The translations under genes were made by a program, and so were the position numbers. Under the pieces are notes generated by a model, which saw nothing but the letters and a program-made list of their open reading frames with translations, did no database searches and was not told where the DNA came from. This document shows positions 9,084 to 18,788 of a stretch of 44,961 nucleotides of DNA, piece by piece (the first letter of the stretch is position 1; each line of letters starts with the position of its first letter). Origin of the DNA: Candidatus Thorarchaeota archaeon (lineage in GTDB: Archaea > Asgardarchaeota > Thorarchaeia > Thorarchaeales > Thorarchaeaceae); contig JBHLQM010000023.1 of the NCBI GenBank assembly GCA_048884785.1, positions 1 to 44,961 of the forward strand. The letters run 5' to 3'.

Positions 9084-10364
9084 GTGGAGATTCCAATAAT
9101 AACCAACTTCATTGAAGGTCTAAAGCTGTTCTTTGCATCAAGACGCCTCAAGTGGGTTACACTTGTATTCTTTATTGGTGCAGCTTTCATCTATTTATTG
9201 GAGAGATTGCTGGCATATACTGGCCCAATTGCGGGTCCAATAGTCACTCTACTGGGAGCTATCTTTCCTATCTTCTATATGCTTGCGACCTTTGTATCAC
9301 TAATCGGATTACAAAGATACATTGCTGACGAGGAGTCCTATAAGAAATCGGCAATCTACACGATAATTTGGCTGGTAGTAAGTGTCATTTTCTTGATTGT
9401 ATCTTTTGCATTTCTCGGATTCCTTCTAGTTGTCGTATTTGCAGGATTCTTCATATGGATTGGATTCCAAGCATATTTCTCAACAAGAACAGCGCTAGGC
9501 ATTGCGACTGGTGTTAATGTGGGATATCGATCCAAGCTCACAACTCTGCTATTTGGGGCAGCCAACATTTTCAACTATGCAATTCTATTTGGAGCTGCCA
9601 TTGTGACTGCATTATTCTTTGCGCCTGGAGGGATTTCGGGAGTCGCCTGGTTTGGTGCTATTGTGGGCATACTGATCGCAGGGTTCTTCAATTTCATTAA
9701 TGGACTTGTTATCACAGCCGAGAGAAACAAACAGACTGCCGACAATCTGTCTCTACTAGGTCTTTTCATCGCCCTATATTCCGGATACTTCATTTACAAT
9801 GTTCTCAAAGGCGCCGACCTAGGACCTGACCCAATTGGATTGGCAGTGACCGTTTTCTTCCTTCTCTATACCATGAGTGGAGTAGGAAGAAGTCTTTCAA
9901 GTCGCGCGGATTTGGACACTAGATGGAAGCTATCAAAGGAACTTGCAGCCACATTCACATACTTCTTGGCTTCCTGCTATGTCTTTGTCGATGTTATGTT
10001 CACAGTACTTTTGCTGCAAGCAGGAGTCCCGGCAGACCAAATGGCACCATTCAGCGATATTCTAAAACTGTGGCTCTTCCCATTGGTTGCACTTGTTGTG
10101 GAATTAATATATGTTCGTAGATCACGCAAAGCCACAGCAATTCCCGAGGCGCCAGAAGAGATGCCTGTGGTTCTTGTTGAAGAGGTAGTATATGATGAGC
10201 ATGGCGAGGTTGAGCGGCACACTCCCATTATTGAAACCAAATCAATGGATGAAGATGCAGAAGAGCCGGAACCTGATGAAGAGGAATATGAAGAAAGCGA
10301 AGAAGAAGAGGATTCAGACTACTCCGATTATGATGAATCTCCCGCTGATGAAGATGAGGAGTGA
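9084..10364 (+). CDS. Polytopic membrane protein with a highly acidic C-terminal tail
   Basis: About 9-10 hydrophobic segments; GGGAGG SD before GTG; D/E-rich tail. Confidence 0.8.
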   Translation: MEIPIITNFIEGLKLFFASRRLKWVTLVFFIGAAFIYLLERLLAYTGPIAGPIVTLLGAIFPIFYMLATFVSLIGLQRYIADEESYKKSAIYTIIWLVVSVIFLIVSFAFLGFLLVVVFAGFFIWIGFQAYFSTRTALGIATGVNVGYRSKLTTLLFGAANIFNYAILFGAAIVTALFFAPGGISGVAWFGAIVGILIAGFFNFINGLVITAERNKQTADNLSLLGLFIALYSGYFIYNVLKGADLGPDPIGLAVTVFFLLYTMSGVGRSLSSRADLDTRWKLSKELAATFTYFLASCYVFVDVMFTVLLLQAGVPADQMAPFSDILKLWLFPLVALVVELIYVRRSRKATAIPEAPEEMPVVLVEEVVYDEHGEVERHTPIIETKSMDEDAEEPEPDEEEYEESEEEEDSDYSDYDESPADEDEE

Positions 10365-10376
10365 ATTAAGGAGTTT

Positions 10377-10405
10377 GGATGGCTCAAGTTGCCATCCTTC
10401 TTCTT
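10377..10405 (+). terminator. Hairpin plus pyrimidine tract
   Basis: GGATGGC-tcaagtt-GCCATCC followed by TTCTTCTT, 12 nt after the stop. Confidence 0.5.
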
Positions 10406-10502
10406 AACCCAATGCTTTTATCGTGTTTGTAGCTTGAAAGACTAAGCAGATGGAGTAATTTTATGCTCCAAATGTACCATAGTAAGATTGGAGAATCGTA
10501 AA

Positions 10503-10664
10503 ATGGCTAAATGGGAATGCATGGTCTGTGGCTGGGTCTATGACGAAGAAGTTGGAGATCCAGATGGCGGAATTGCAGCAGGAACGAAATTCGAGGACCT
10601 ACCCGACGATTGGGTCTGTCCAATGTGTGGGGCTGCAAAAGAGGACTTCGAAAAGGTCGACTAA
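10503..10664 (+). CDS. Rubredoxin (53 aa)
   Basis: Not in the ORF track. [53 protein letters not shown] with two CxxCG knuckles; GGAG upstream. Confidence 0.97.
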   Translation: MAKWECMVCGWVYDEEVGDPDGGIAAGTKFEDLPDDWVCPMCGAAKEDFEKVD

Positions 10665-10682
10665 TCTACCCATGCTGCAAAA

Positions 10683-10723
10683 GGCCCCGAAACAGCATTC
10701 TAAAAGGGGCCACTCTTTCTTTC
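10683..10723 (+). terminator. Possible hairpin and T-rich tract after rubredoxin
   Basis: GGCCCC-N17-GGGGCC followed by ACTCTTTCTTTC. Confidence 0.35.
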
Positions 10724-10785
10724 ATGCAAGCGGATAGAAGGCAATGTAACTTGCATTACCTTCACGTGTCAATAATCAAGTCTGT

Positions 10786-11085
10786 TCAGTCTCTAACACC
10801 CAAGACAACAAGATCTTCGAGAGCTTGTATTCCTCTCATCTGATTGGTTTCTAAAGCGATATACTCATTCTCTCGTAGCTCTATCTGTTCATCTCCGGAT
10901 GTAATAATGGCACTTCCCTTTACGATGAAGAAGAATGCGGAGTGCGAGGCTATATGAGGAGGAATTCGGGCTCCTTTTCCTAAGGCAATACGCATAACCG
11001 AGTATCCTTCCCTCTCCACGAGAGAGATCTTATTCGGTCCACCTTTCGGGAATACTATATTCTCAAAAATATCACGAGGACTCAT
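10786..11085 (-). CDS. Cupin domain protein
   Basis: GARIPPH...FFFIVKGSA beta-barrel pattern; second-motif His replaced (QMRGIQA). Confidence 0.85.
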   Translation of the reverse strand: MSPRDIFENIVFPKGGPNKISLVEREGYSVMRIALGKGARIPPHIASHSAFFFIVKGSAIITSGDEQIELRENEYIALETNQMRGIQALEDLVVLGVRD

Positions 11086-11156
11086 TCTGATTCACAGACA
11101 CCATGGTTTCATATTACTATATAAACTATAGTTAATGAACGTGATACCTGGTAGAT

Positions 11157-12032
11157 TCAGATAGGGATCAACTGTCTAAGATTCCGGGTGAGGATGGGGA
11201 AATGCGAGCTGAATGTTGCAGGATAGAAACCTCTAAGTTTTCTCGAAAGAGATTCAAGTAATTCCTCACTAGGGGCGCCTCGCAGAATCGATTCGGTTTC
11301 ATAATGGGATACATCCTCGAGTTGTAATGTATTCTCTATTGATTCTCTATTGACCGGACAAGCGTATTGGCATTTCATGCACCCCATCAGAGAATTGTGA
11401 ACATCTGGGGACATCCACTCAGGAAATTGACAATCTACTTCGTTGTATAGTGTAATGCATCTTCCAACATCCACAGCAAAACTCTCCTCTCTGATTGCTC
11501 CAGTTGGACACTGCTTTAGACATACTTTGCATGATGAACATCGATCCATTAGTTGCGGTTCAGAATAGTAATCATCTCGGAATTCATAGTTGGTAAGGAA
11601 CGCATGAAGGGATAGCATGCTACCCATGCCATCCACATAGCAAATATTGTTCCGGCCATATTTTGCTAGTCCGGAAGCAGTTGCTATGTGCTTCAGAAAG
11701 AGATACGAATTCGCATAGTCCAATGAGAAACCTTTGTCCTGAATGATTGTGTCAGTTATGATGCTCTTAAGCTGCTCCTGCGTAATTCCCAGTTTATAGT
11801 ATTGCGGTGGGATGAAAACCTTGTAGGCATTCTCTCTATAGTGGAAGTTCACAACAGCCAAGGGCGTAGAAACAGCCATGATAATGACGGATTTTGCATC
11901 GGGCATTGAATCAGGGATTCTGAATGAGAGTTCATTCAGGTATTCGTGATAGGTGTCATTATTGCTCAGGTTTCCGGAGCACAAGAGTTTCTCAATGAAG
12001 CTTTGCATCTTTCCAAAGTGCTTCACAGACAA
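11157..12032 (-). CDS. QueG/reductive-dehalogenase-like 2x[4Fe-4S] protein
   Basis: MPDAKSVI, KHIATASGLAKYGRNN, CSSCKVCLKQCP...C...GCMKCQYACP. Start uncertain. Confidence 0.82.
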   Translation of the reverse strand: MSVKHFGKMQSFIEKLLCSGNLSNNDTYHEYLNELSFRIPDSMPDAKSVIIMAVSTPLAVVNFHYRENAYKVFIPPQYYKLGITQEQLKSIITDTIIQDKGFSLDYANSYLFLKHIATASGLAKYGRNNICYVDGMGSMLSLHAFLTNYEFRDDYYSEPQLMDRCSSCKVCLKQCPTGAIREESFAVDVGRCITLYNEVDCQFPEWMSPDVHNSLMGCMKCQYACPVNRESIENTLQLEDVSHYETESILRGAPSEELLESLSRKLRGFYPATFSSHFPILTRNLRQLIPI

Positions 12033-12215
12033 AGTTCTATAGCTGTAGGTTATTTCAAGTGGCTCTGAATATGTAATATTAGGTAGGGTTTTTGAGAAAA
12101 TACAGATTGCCTCCTTTTCCCTAGCAAACCCTGTTACTATATTTTAGAGGATTGAAAGATGTAATACTATTTGCATCTAGTTCCAATCCCCGCCTTCAAA
12201 CTCGATACATTCCTT

Positions 12216-12980
12216 TTAGATTTCGGAGAAGAGCAGGTCGTGTATCTTCCTTGATTCATTTACCCAATCATCATTTTTGACCGAATATAGGTTCATTATT
12301 TCATGAAGAATAGTCAACTCTTCGTTTGAAGCGATATCACTCCTGAGAAGAGTGACAACCTTGGCAAACATGGATGATTTCAATTCGATTTCTTCCTTTC
12401 TTGTCAGTAAATCTATGAACGTATCATAATCTTTGTCTGAAAGCTCAAATTTAAACAAATTCAGAATACGATCTGCATACGATTTCACTTGGTCTCTTGC
12501 AAGCTTAAGTCGATCCTCGATTGAGCTGCTGCTATCCCCGGGAAGCCGTTCCAAAATGAAAGTTCTTGCCGATCGACGATAATAATCGGTTGTCCGTTTC
12601 CCTGTTGTTATGGTACCATACCTGACTACGAATCCATGTTCAATCAGTTTTGATAGATGATGGTATGCCTGACTCATTGAGAACGATTCAATGTCATTGT
12701 CAGGGTCCTTGGAAATCCTCACGAGCTCCACAACAGATAGAACATCCCTTGTGACTTCCTTCTGGCGAATAATCCTGTCACCTGATTCAGCATCAGTAGA
12801 TACAGATGTGATAACATCCGTAACCCCATCCTTCAGAATTCTGAGAATGCTGCTTCTAGTTGAATCAAGAAGAATATCTGCACGTCCCTGATCTATCACT
12901 AGATCGATTTCTTTCACTGGGATTTTTCCTTCCGGAGTCAGTTCAATTCCAGCTAAACTACTTGGAATTTGATCATCCAT
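12216..12980 (-). CDS. Winged-helix (ArsR-like) transcriptional regulator with insertion
   Basis: LLDSTRSSILRIL, QAYHHLSKLIEHGFV, YYRRSAR. ATG 12980 preferred over TTG 13052. Confidence 0.75.
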   Translation of the reverse strand: MDDQIPSSLAGIELTPEGKIPVKEIDLVIDQGRADILLDSTRSSILRILKDGVTDVITSVSTDAESGDRIIRQKEVTRDVLSVVELVRISKDPDNDIESFSMSQAYHHLSKLIEHGFVVRYGTITTGKRTTDYYRRSARTFILERLPGDSSSSIEDRLKLARDQVKSYADRILNLFKFELSDKDYDTFIDLLTRKEEIELKSSMFAKVVTLLRSDIASNEELTILHEIMNLYSVKNDDWVNESRKIHDLLFSEI

Positions 12981-13081
12981 GTATATCACATCCACACATC
13001 TGGTATTAACTTCAATCCGACTGGGTTTGACTCGATTTATTATTGAGCGCAAGACTGGCCATAGTGCTTATATAATTTATT

Positions 13082-13099
13082 GACCATATATACATGGTC
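13082..13099. promoter_or_regulatory. Palindromic operator candidate between divergent regulators
   Basis: GACCATATATACATGGTC, a near-perfect 18-bp palindrome in an AT-rich divergent spacer. Confidence 0.4.
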
Positions 13100-13214
13100 T
13101 AGTTAATATACGAATTGTATAATATGCTATTAATAGGTTTGCAATACAAATTATTTATGCATTATTACTCTAATGTCTATATTTAATAGTGAATAAGCTA
13201 TAGTCTGTGTATAA

Positions 13215-13595
13215 TTGAATATATTGCGATGTGAGCTGGTCATAATGCCCGGAATTGTTCTCTGCATGCTATCCAAAAGTGCTGTACAGGTGCTTTCATC
13301 CATCTATGAAAACGGACCTGTTTCTCCAAGAATTATTTCGGAAATAACAAGGCTGCCAATTAGGACCGTCTTCTATGCAATTAACAATCTCCTAGATGAA
13401 GATCTTGTACGATGGAAACCAAGCCTGATAGACATGCGATACAAAATGTACTCAATCAATGAAAAAAGAATTCAGCAGCTCAGAAGCATTATTGCCCCAT
13501 TACTTGTCCATGATCTTTTTCAAATCGACAATGAATTACTGGGTATATTGGGATTTCAAGAAATGGTAGCAGATGCGAACGTTTCAACACTATAG
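13215..13595 (+). CDS. MarR-like winged-helix protein
   Basis: LSKSAVQVL...GPVSPRIISEITRLPIRTVFYAINNL...DMRYKMY. True start is probably a later ATG. Confidence 0.75.
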   Translation: MNILRCELVIMPGIVLCMLSKSAVQVLSSIYENGPVSPRIISEITRLPIRTVFYAINNLLDEDLVRWKPSLIDMRYKMYSINEKRIQQLRSIIAPLLVHDLFQIDNELLGILGFQEMVADANVSTL

Positions 13596-13670
13596 CTAGT
13601 AAATCCGCTTCATGTTCAAGAAGCCACATTTTTACGGTATTTCCTCTAACCATAATTGCAGTTCTTCCAT

Positions 13671-13704
13671 AAAAAAGGAGAAGGGGAACGAGTCCCCTTT
13701 TTTT
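13671..13704. terminator. Bidirectional terminator-like hairpin
   Basis: A6...AAGGGGA-acgag-TCCCCTT...T-run between convergent genes. Confidence 0.65.
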
Positions 13705-13707
13705 GTT

Positions 13708-15531
13708 CTATCTGTTTCTCATGAGCACATACCCGCCAACTAGTATAACAACTGCTGCACCGATGGCTCCGGCTACGATAGCTAGCGTGAAATCTGGACC
13801 TTGAGCTTCACTGGACGTAGTAGGGGATATCAAAGACCTGTCAGGCCCAAAGAAGTAGTTTGGATTGTAGACAAGTTCAGTAAACTCTCCAGCAATATAC
13901 TCAGAAACATTAAACGGACCGGAGGTCACCATTGGCTCACGGGGCGGATCTGGATTCCATGTGTTCCAGTTATCAGCTCCAATACTCTCAAACACATGCT
14001 TTGGTATGATACTATTGAAGCCTATAGAGTGAAGGTGCCAGTAGGATTCAGTGCCAAACTCGATAACGGCGGTATAAGTTGTTGGCGCATATGCGGCCGT
14101 CATTTCATTAAGATTTGAACCCTGAGGATTGCTCTTACCATCTCTGAAGTAGTTCATAGTGAATACCACATCCTCAGCCGTTAATGGTAGGCCATCTGAC
14201 CATGTTACATTCTGAAGTATATTGAACGTAAATCTGGAGTACCCATCCGGAATGGCCGGGTTATCATCATGAGTTTCGATGGTGTAGGACTCTGCAAGCC
14301 ATAAGACATCAAGTCCATCTGGCCCAGGTTGAATCAGTGAGTCGTAAACCGAATTCAAAACATTCGCGGTGTATGCAGATGTGGAAACCATAAAATTGAA
14401 AGAATCAATATCTAGTGGATTACTCCATCGTAGAGTTCCTCCAAATGGTCCTCCCAGGCTTTCCCTAACTCGAACCTTGTAATTTGTCCAGAATCCAGGG
14501 ACTCCATCAATTGGTGAGTTTACCCACCCTTCGAACTTGTCTGAGCGGTATGCAGAGAGCAGAATGTTCTCGTAACACACAATTTCAGGACATTCGTAGA
14601 CCCAGATTTTCTGCATTTCAATGGCTGCTTCATATACCTCATCATATTCTGTTGCATGAAGAAGCTGATCTCTCCATGAATCATAAGTTTCGTTCTTGAA
14701 AGCAGGGGAATTCCAGAACGGTTCGTCGGCATACTCGGACCAGTAGTTGTAAGCTAGCCAATTCACGTCGAAATTGTTGTAACTTACGCCTAGAAAGACT
14801 ATATCAAAGTCCCCATGATAGTTCAACCTATTGAGGTACTCATAGAAATCAGTTGATACAGAGTTGGCATTAATACTCATCGCAGTGAGTGCAGCTTCAG
14901 CAATCTCACCTACTTGTATGGCAATGTTAGATGATGAAGAGCATTCCACAAGCACATCGAAGTCAGACCCATCAGGGGCTTCCCTGAATCCATCGTCATC
15001 AATATCAAGAAAACCAGCATCGTCAAGTAGCTGGTTTCCCAATGGTATATTTGCCTCATAGTAAGTATATGGCAGTTGACCCTCAATTGAGAAGGGATTA
15101 ACTTGGGCAACAACACTGTCCTGAGGAACTGAGAGGCCATCCCATACATCGTCAGAGATTGCCTCTTTATCAAGTGCAAATGCCAGCGCCCTTCTGAATG
15201 CTGTTATATTGTAGGGATACTTCCCGGTGTTGATAGTTAAATACCCATATCCGTTTCTCAGAACATTTACGACCTCTATATTCTCTGCCTGATTCAGGGT
15301 TTCAAGGAAGCTCGGATCAACCATGTCACCAATAAGGTCAATCTCATTATCTTGCAGAGCGATCACCTGCTGGTCATCTTGTGTCAATACACTATAGACG
15401 ACTTTATCCAAAAATGGACCTGTTTTAAGACCATCAAGTGCATTTGATTGTGCACTTGCAAACATGGGAGACAGTGCCATTAGGACAAGTACTGCAATGG
15501 TGATTCCGCCCATTATTGCGTTTTTCTTCAT
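13708..15531 (-). CDS. Family-5 (Opp/Dpp) ABC solute-binding protein with signal peptide and C-terminal TM anchor
   Basis: FRRALAFALDK, WSDGLPLTAEDVVFT, SGPF, NPNYF; C-terminal hydrophobic helix ending MRNR. Confidence 0.92.
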   Translation of the reverse strand: MKKNAIMGGITIAVLVLMALSPMFASAQSNALDGLKTGPFLDKVVYSVLTQDDQQVIALQDNEIDLIGDMVDPSFLETLNQAENIEVVNVLRNGYGYLTINTGKYPYNITAFRRALAFALDKEAISDDVWDGLSVPQDSVVAQVNPFSIEGQLPYTYYEANIPLGNQLLDDAGFLDIDDDGFREAPDGSDFDVLVECSSSSNIAIQVGEIAEAALTAMSINANSVSTDFYEYLNRLNYHGDFDIVFLGVSYNNFDVNWLAYNYWSEYADEPFWNSPAFKNETYDSWRDQLLHATEYDEVYEAAIEMQKIWVYECPEIVCYENILLSAYRSDKFEGWVNSPIDGVPGFWTNYKVRVRESLGGPFGGTLRWSNPLDIDSFNFMVSTSAYTANVLNSVYDSLIQPGPDGLDVLWLAESYTIETHDDNPAIPDGYSRFTFNILQNVTWSDGLPLTAEDVVFTMNYFRDGKSNPQGSNLNEMTAAYAPTTYTAVIEFGTESYWHLHSIGFNSIIPKHVFESIGADNWNTWNPDPPREPMVTSGPFNVSEYIAGEFTELVYNPNYFFGPDRSLISPTTSSEAQGPDFTLAIVAGAIGAAVVILVGGYVLMRNR

Positions 15532-15918
15532 AATTCATGATTCTCCGTTTTTTCGAGTCAAAGTCGGATAATCATGAGAGAGATGTCAGATCCACTCGAT
15601 TTTTTCGACTCGGATGATGGAGATAGAAAGAGGGGGAATTAATTTCACAAGCATCCTCGCAGATGCGTAATCCTCCTATTCTGAATTCGGCTTTAGTGCT
15701 TCATTCTTCTTCGAATGGACACTGAACCATCTCATCTCAAATCATGCAATGAATAGGAAGAATATAACAAACAATATCGATGTAGATGAGCTTGCAGTTA
15801 TTGGTCCAACCTATGAAATCTCAAGTTTCATATGAATACTTGTCATTTCATTTCGATTTTCTGATTGCTTCTGCATGGAAAGCTAGCCTAATCATATCCC
15901 CATCTGCAGAAAGGCAGG

Positions 15919-16185
15919 ATGCTTATGACTCAAGAGAAAAATAATACACACTATGAACCAAAAGGGAGCCCGTACACTATTGAACAGTATGCTGTGATAA
16001 GTTTCATCTTTACCCCTATTACTGCTTGGCTGCTTTCATTCTATGGATTCATTCCATTTGAGCCGCTCCATGCTGCTATAATGGGTTTTGGCGTGGCAAT
16101 CGTTTATGTTGGGTACAGATGGTACTACTCAAAGATATACCGAAAAGATGAGCGCGAAGCTTTGAAGGCAAAATTGGATGCTTAA
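15919..16185 (+). CDS. Small 2-TM membrane protein
   Basis: Two hydrophobic segments and a basic C-terminus. Confidence 0.6.
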   Translation: MLMTQEKNNTHYEPKGSPYTIEQYAVISFIFTPITAWLLSFYGFIPFEPLHAAIMGFGVAIVYVGYRWYYSKIYRKDEREALKAKLDA

Positions 16186-16297
16186 GAACCACGATAGTTA
16201 GTGCATCAGTATAGAAAGATTGAGATACATCCATTATCTTGCGCCAATTGGTTACGTTATATTATGTTCAGTATGGTTCGTAACCCGGGTCTAATAA

Positions 16298-16831
16298 GTG
16301 GGTCTAAAGCATCAGTCAATCACTCCCATTAATGCTGCAGGTATTATAGCCGTAGTATCCTTAGTAACACCAGTGGTCTTCATGTTTCATCCGCTTGTAA
16401 CTGGTTTGCCTCCTCACTTTACCATTGTTTCGATGCTATACACTTTTGATTACTTACATGGGATCGTGACACTGACATTAGCTACTCTGTTTAGTGGGAT
16501 CGCTATGTTTCTTGCTATTATCCCCAGATTCATTTTCTCTTTTCAAGTCTACAGATTATATTCAGGTGTGTCGAGTTTGAGGTATAGCAAGGGCATGGGA
16601 ATCATTTCAGAGATTGTGCTAATCGCCCTTGCAATTCCCCTTGACATCTCAAGCATCCTTACATATTTCATGACCGGCTGGATGACCTCACTTATGTTCC
16701 CAATGCCATTTCCTCTTCTCGCATTGCTAATCCTTCTGAAATACAGACCTCCGGAAGGATTTTCACTTTGGAAGACTGAGGGAAATGGAATAGAAACGGA
16801 GGCAAAACTAGAACAACCGTTTAATGACTAA
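16298..16831 (+). CDS. Hypothetical membrane protein (about 4 TM)
   Basis: Hydrophobic ORF filling the intergenic space. Confidence 0.65.
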   Translation: MGLKHQSITPINAAGIIAVVSLVTPVVFMFHPLVTGLPPHFTIVSMLYTFDYLHGIVTLTLATLFSGIAMFLAIIPRFIFSFQVYRLYSGVSSLRYSKGMGIISEIVLIALAIPLDISSILTYFMTGWMTSLMFPMPFPLLALLILLKYRPPEGFSLWKTEGNGIETEAKLEQPFND

Positions 16832-16869
16832 TTGAGATCGCTGAAAAAGGAACCATTGAACAAAGGAAG

Positions 16870-17070
16870 TCACTCAATCGAAGGACAGGTCACATGATTT
16901 TTTTTATGTCTCCAATAGACTGACCACACATATCCGCCTTCCTCTCGGATGAGAATATATCTATCGGAACTTAGCTCTCCTACCTTCCTTAGAGCCTTAC
17001 TCAATCCTCGAACCTCATCATAGTATCTGTAAACATGACCATTAGCAAATACCCATTTTTGTGTATCCAT
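16870..17070 (-). CDS. Small hypothetical protein (66 aa)
   Basis: ATG start, protein-like composition, TTAAT about 25 nt upstream, fills the gap. Confidence 0.6.
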   Translation of the reverse strand: MDTQKWVFANGHVYRYYDEVRGLSKALRKVGELSSDRYILIREEGGYVWSVYWRHKKNHVTCPSIE

Positions 17071-17196
17071 ACATATCTGTCTTCGTTGAGATTAATAATC
17101 TCCCATGAAAATACTAAGGCAATGGCTTGGATTTATTCGGTGAACGTACTTAAGGCGACAAGCTCTTGAATTTAGCAGCTTTCAGAGGAGATTGAA

Positions 17197-18780
17197 GTGA
17201 CAGAATTATCAAGCGAGATAACTCATGTAACTGTGTTCAGAGACGGAGCTAGGATCACTCGTTCAGGTAGAAAGAAGCTCTCTGCAGGGCCGCAGAAGGT
17301 TGTGCTGACAGGTATTACGAGCTTTGCACAAGAAGACAGCTTTAGAATCAAAGGAAAGGGTCCGGCGTCACTGTCAACAATAGATGTCAGACTGAAAGAT
17401 GCAGTGTTCGAACCGGATCAAGATAGCAAGCCGCTTTTTGATGAAATCAAAGAACTTGAAAAGAAGAAGAGTCAGATTATTGACGAGATATCAACACAAT
17501 CAGTCAGACTTGAGAACATGGAGAATATGCTAACGCAATTTGTCACTGTTTTCGGTGAAGTATATGCCGCAAATGAGGCCGAGATTTCACAACTAACAGA
17601 TATCGAGAAAGCTACCACTGAAAGAACTGAGAAGATTAGGAAGAAGATACGTGAACTGAGAGAAGAACTTGAGAAAACAGAAACTCTGATTCAAGTTGCC
17701 AGAAATAATCTGAGCAGGCTACAGTCGCAGAGGCGAACAATATCAACATACGATGTTGAAGTATCATTAGAAGTTGCTCAGGAATCAGAAATCGAACTTG
17801 AAGTAATGTATCAGTGTTCAGAAGCTAGATGGTCGCCTTCATATGATGTCGACCTTCTTCCTGGCAAATCAATACTACGAAGAGTTGCTATGGTAAACAA
17901 CCAGACACAAGAGGATTGGAAGAATGTAAATCTAATCATCTCCACGGCAACTGCTCGTCCAGTGGAAGCAATTGAAGGCACTCCCTTTTGGATATCTGTG
18001 TATGAACCTCCAGTGAAAAGAGAGCTCAGGAAAGAGAGGAAGATGTCCGCACGTGTGGCAATGCCAGCTGCAGCACCTCCCCCTGTCCCGGGCGGAGGAC
18101 TCGGGATGATGGCAATGGAGAAGCCAGTTATGGAGGAGGACTTTGCTGATGCCTCCGAAACTGCATCAGGAATAGCAGTTTACGAGTTGCCAAAACCAAT
18201 GACAATACCATTCGATACCGAAAGACATCCGGTCACATTGACAGAAGAAGAGCTTGAGTCAAAAACAATGCACTATTGGTATCCTGATGGAATGGCAGAG
18301 GTCGTTGCTCAAGACGTGGTTGCAAATGGAGACAATGTGATCCTTCCGGGAAAAGTCAAGGTATATTCTGAGGGAGATTATGTTGGTGAAACAACCATTC
18401 ATCAGGTCTCTCCGAGGGAGGAATTCAAGCTAGGTACGAGAGTTGCTTATGATGTCAAGGCAAAGAAAATACTCTTGCAGAAGGAAATAGAAAAAGCGGG
18501 AATAACCAGAGGAAAACGACGAAGGTACTACAAATACAGGCTCGAAATTGAGAATTTCTCAAAAAGAGCAGCAGAGATTGAGATTGTAGATAGAGTACCT
18601 CATAGCAACAGTACTGCAATTGAGATTAAGCTCGCCTGGGAAAAACTGGAAATTGAGAAACCAGAGCTCGGAGTCATGAAATGGAAAAAGAAGATTGACT
18701 CTGGGAAGAAACTGGAGATCGTCTATGACTATGAAGTGCTATGGGAGAAGGATGTGAGCATAAGCCCACCGTTACCATAG
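17197..18780 (+). CDS. DUF4140/DUF4139 (MuiA-like) protein, copy 1
   Basis: VTVFRDGARITR, coiled coil, ARWSPSYD, NQTQEDWKNV.L.ISTA, LPGKVKVY.EG.YVG, DRVP.S; GGAG SD before GTG. Confidence 0.9.
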   Translation: MTELSSEITHVTVFRDGARITRSGRKKLSAGPQKVVLTGITSFAQEDSFRIKGKGPASLSTIDVRLKDAVFEPDQDSKPLFDEIKELEKKKSQIIDEISTQSVRLENMENMLTQFVTVFGEVYAANEAEISQLTDIEKATTERTEKIRKKIRELREELEKTETLIQVARNNLSRLQSQRRTISTYDVEVSLEVAQESEIELEVMYQCSEARWSPSYDVDLLPGKSILRRVAMVNNQTQEDWKNVNLIISTATARPVEAIEGTPFWISVYEPPVKRELRKERKMSARVAMPAAAPPPVPGGGLGMMAMEKPVMEEDFADASETASGIAVYELPKPMTIPFDTERHPVTLTEEELESKTMHYWYPDGMAEVVAQDVVANGDNVILPGKVKVYSEGDYVGETTIHQVSPREEFKLGTRVAYDVKAKKILLQKEIEKAGITRGKRRRYYKYRLEIENFSKRAAEIEIVDRVPHSNSTAIEIKLAWEKLEIEKPELGVMKWKKKIDSGKKLEIVYDYEVLWEKDVSISPPLP

Positions 18781-18788
18781 GAGGTGAA

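Noticed and set aside
10245-10364. GAA/GAT-rich repeat-like DNA
   Set aside because: Explained by Asp/Glu codons in the acidic tail; no regular repeat unit.
10528-10843. ORFs 10528-10737 and 10610-10843
   Set aside because: Wrong frames overlapping the real rubredoxin at 10503-10664.
11090-17190. Genomic island suggested by AT-rich spacers and small unknown genes
   Set aside because: No integrase, tRNA site or flanking repeats, and composition could not be quantified.
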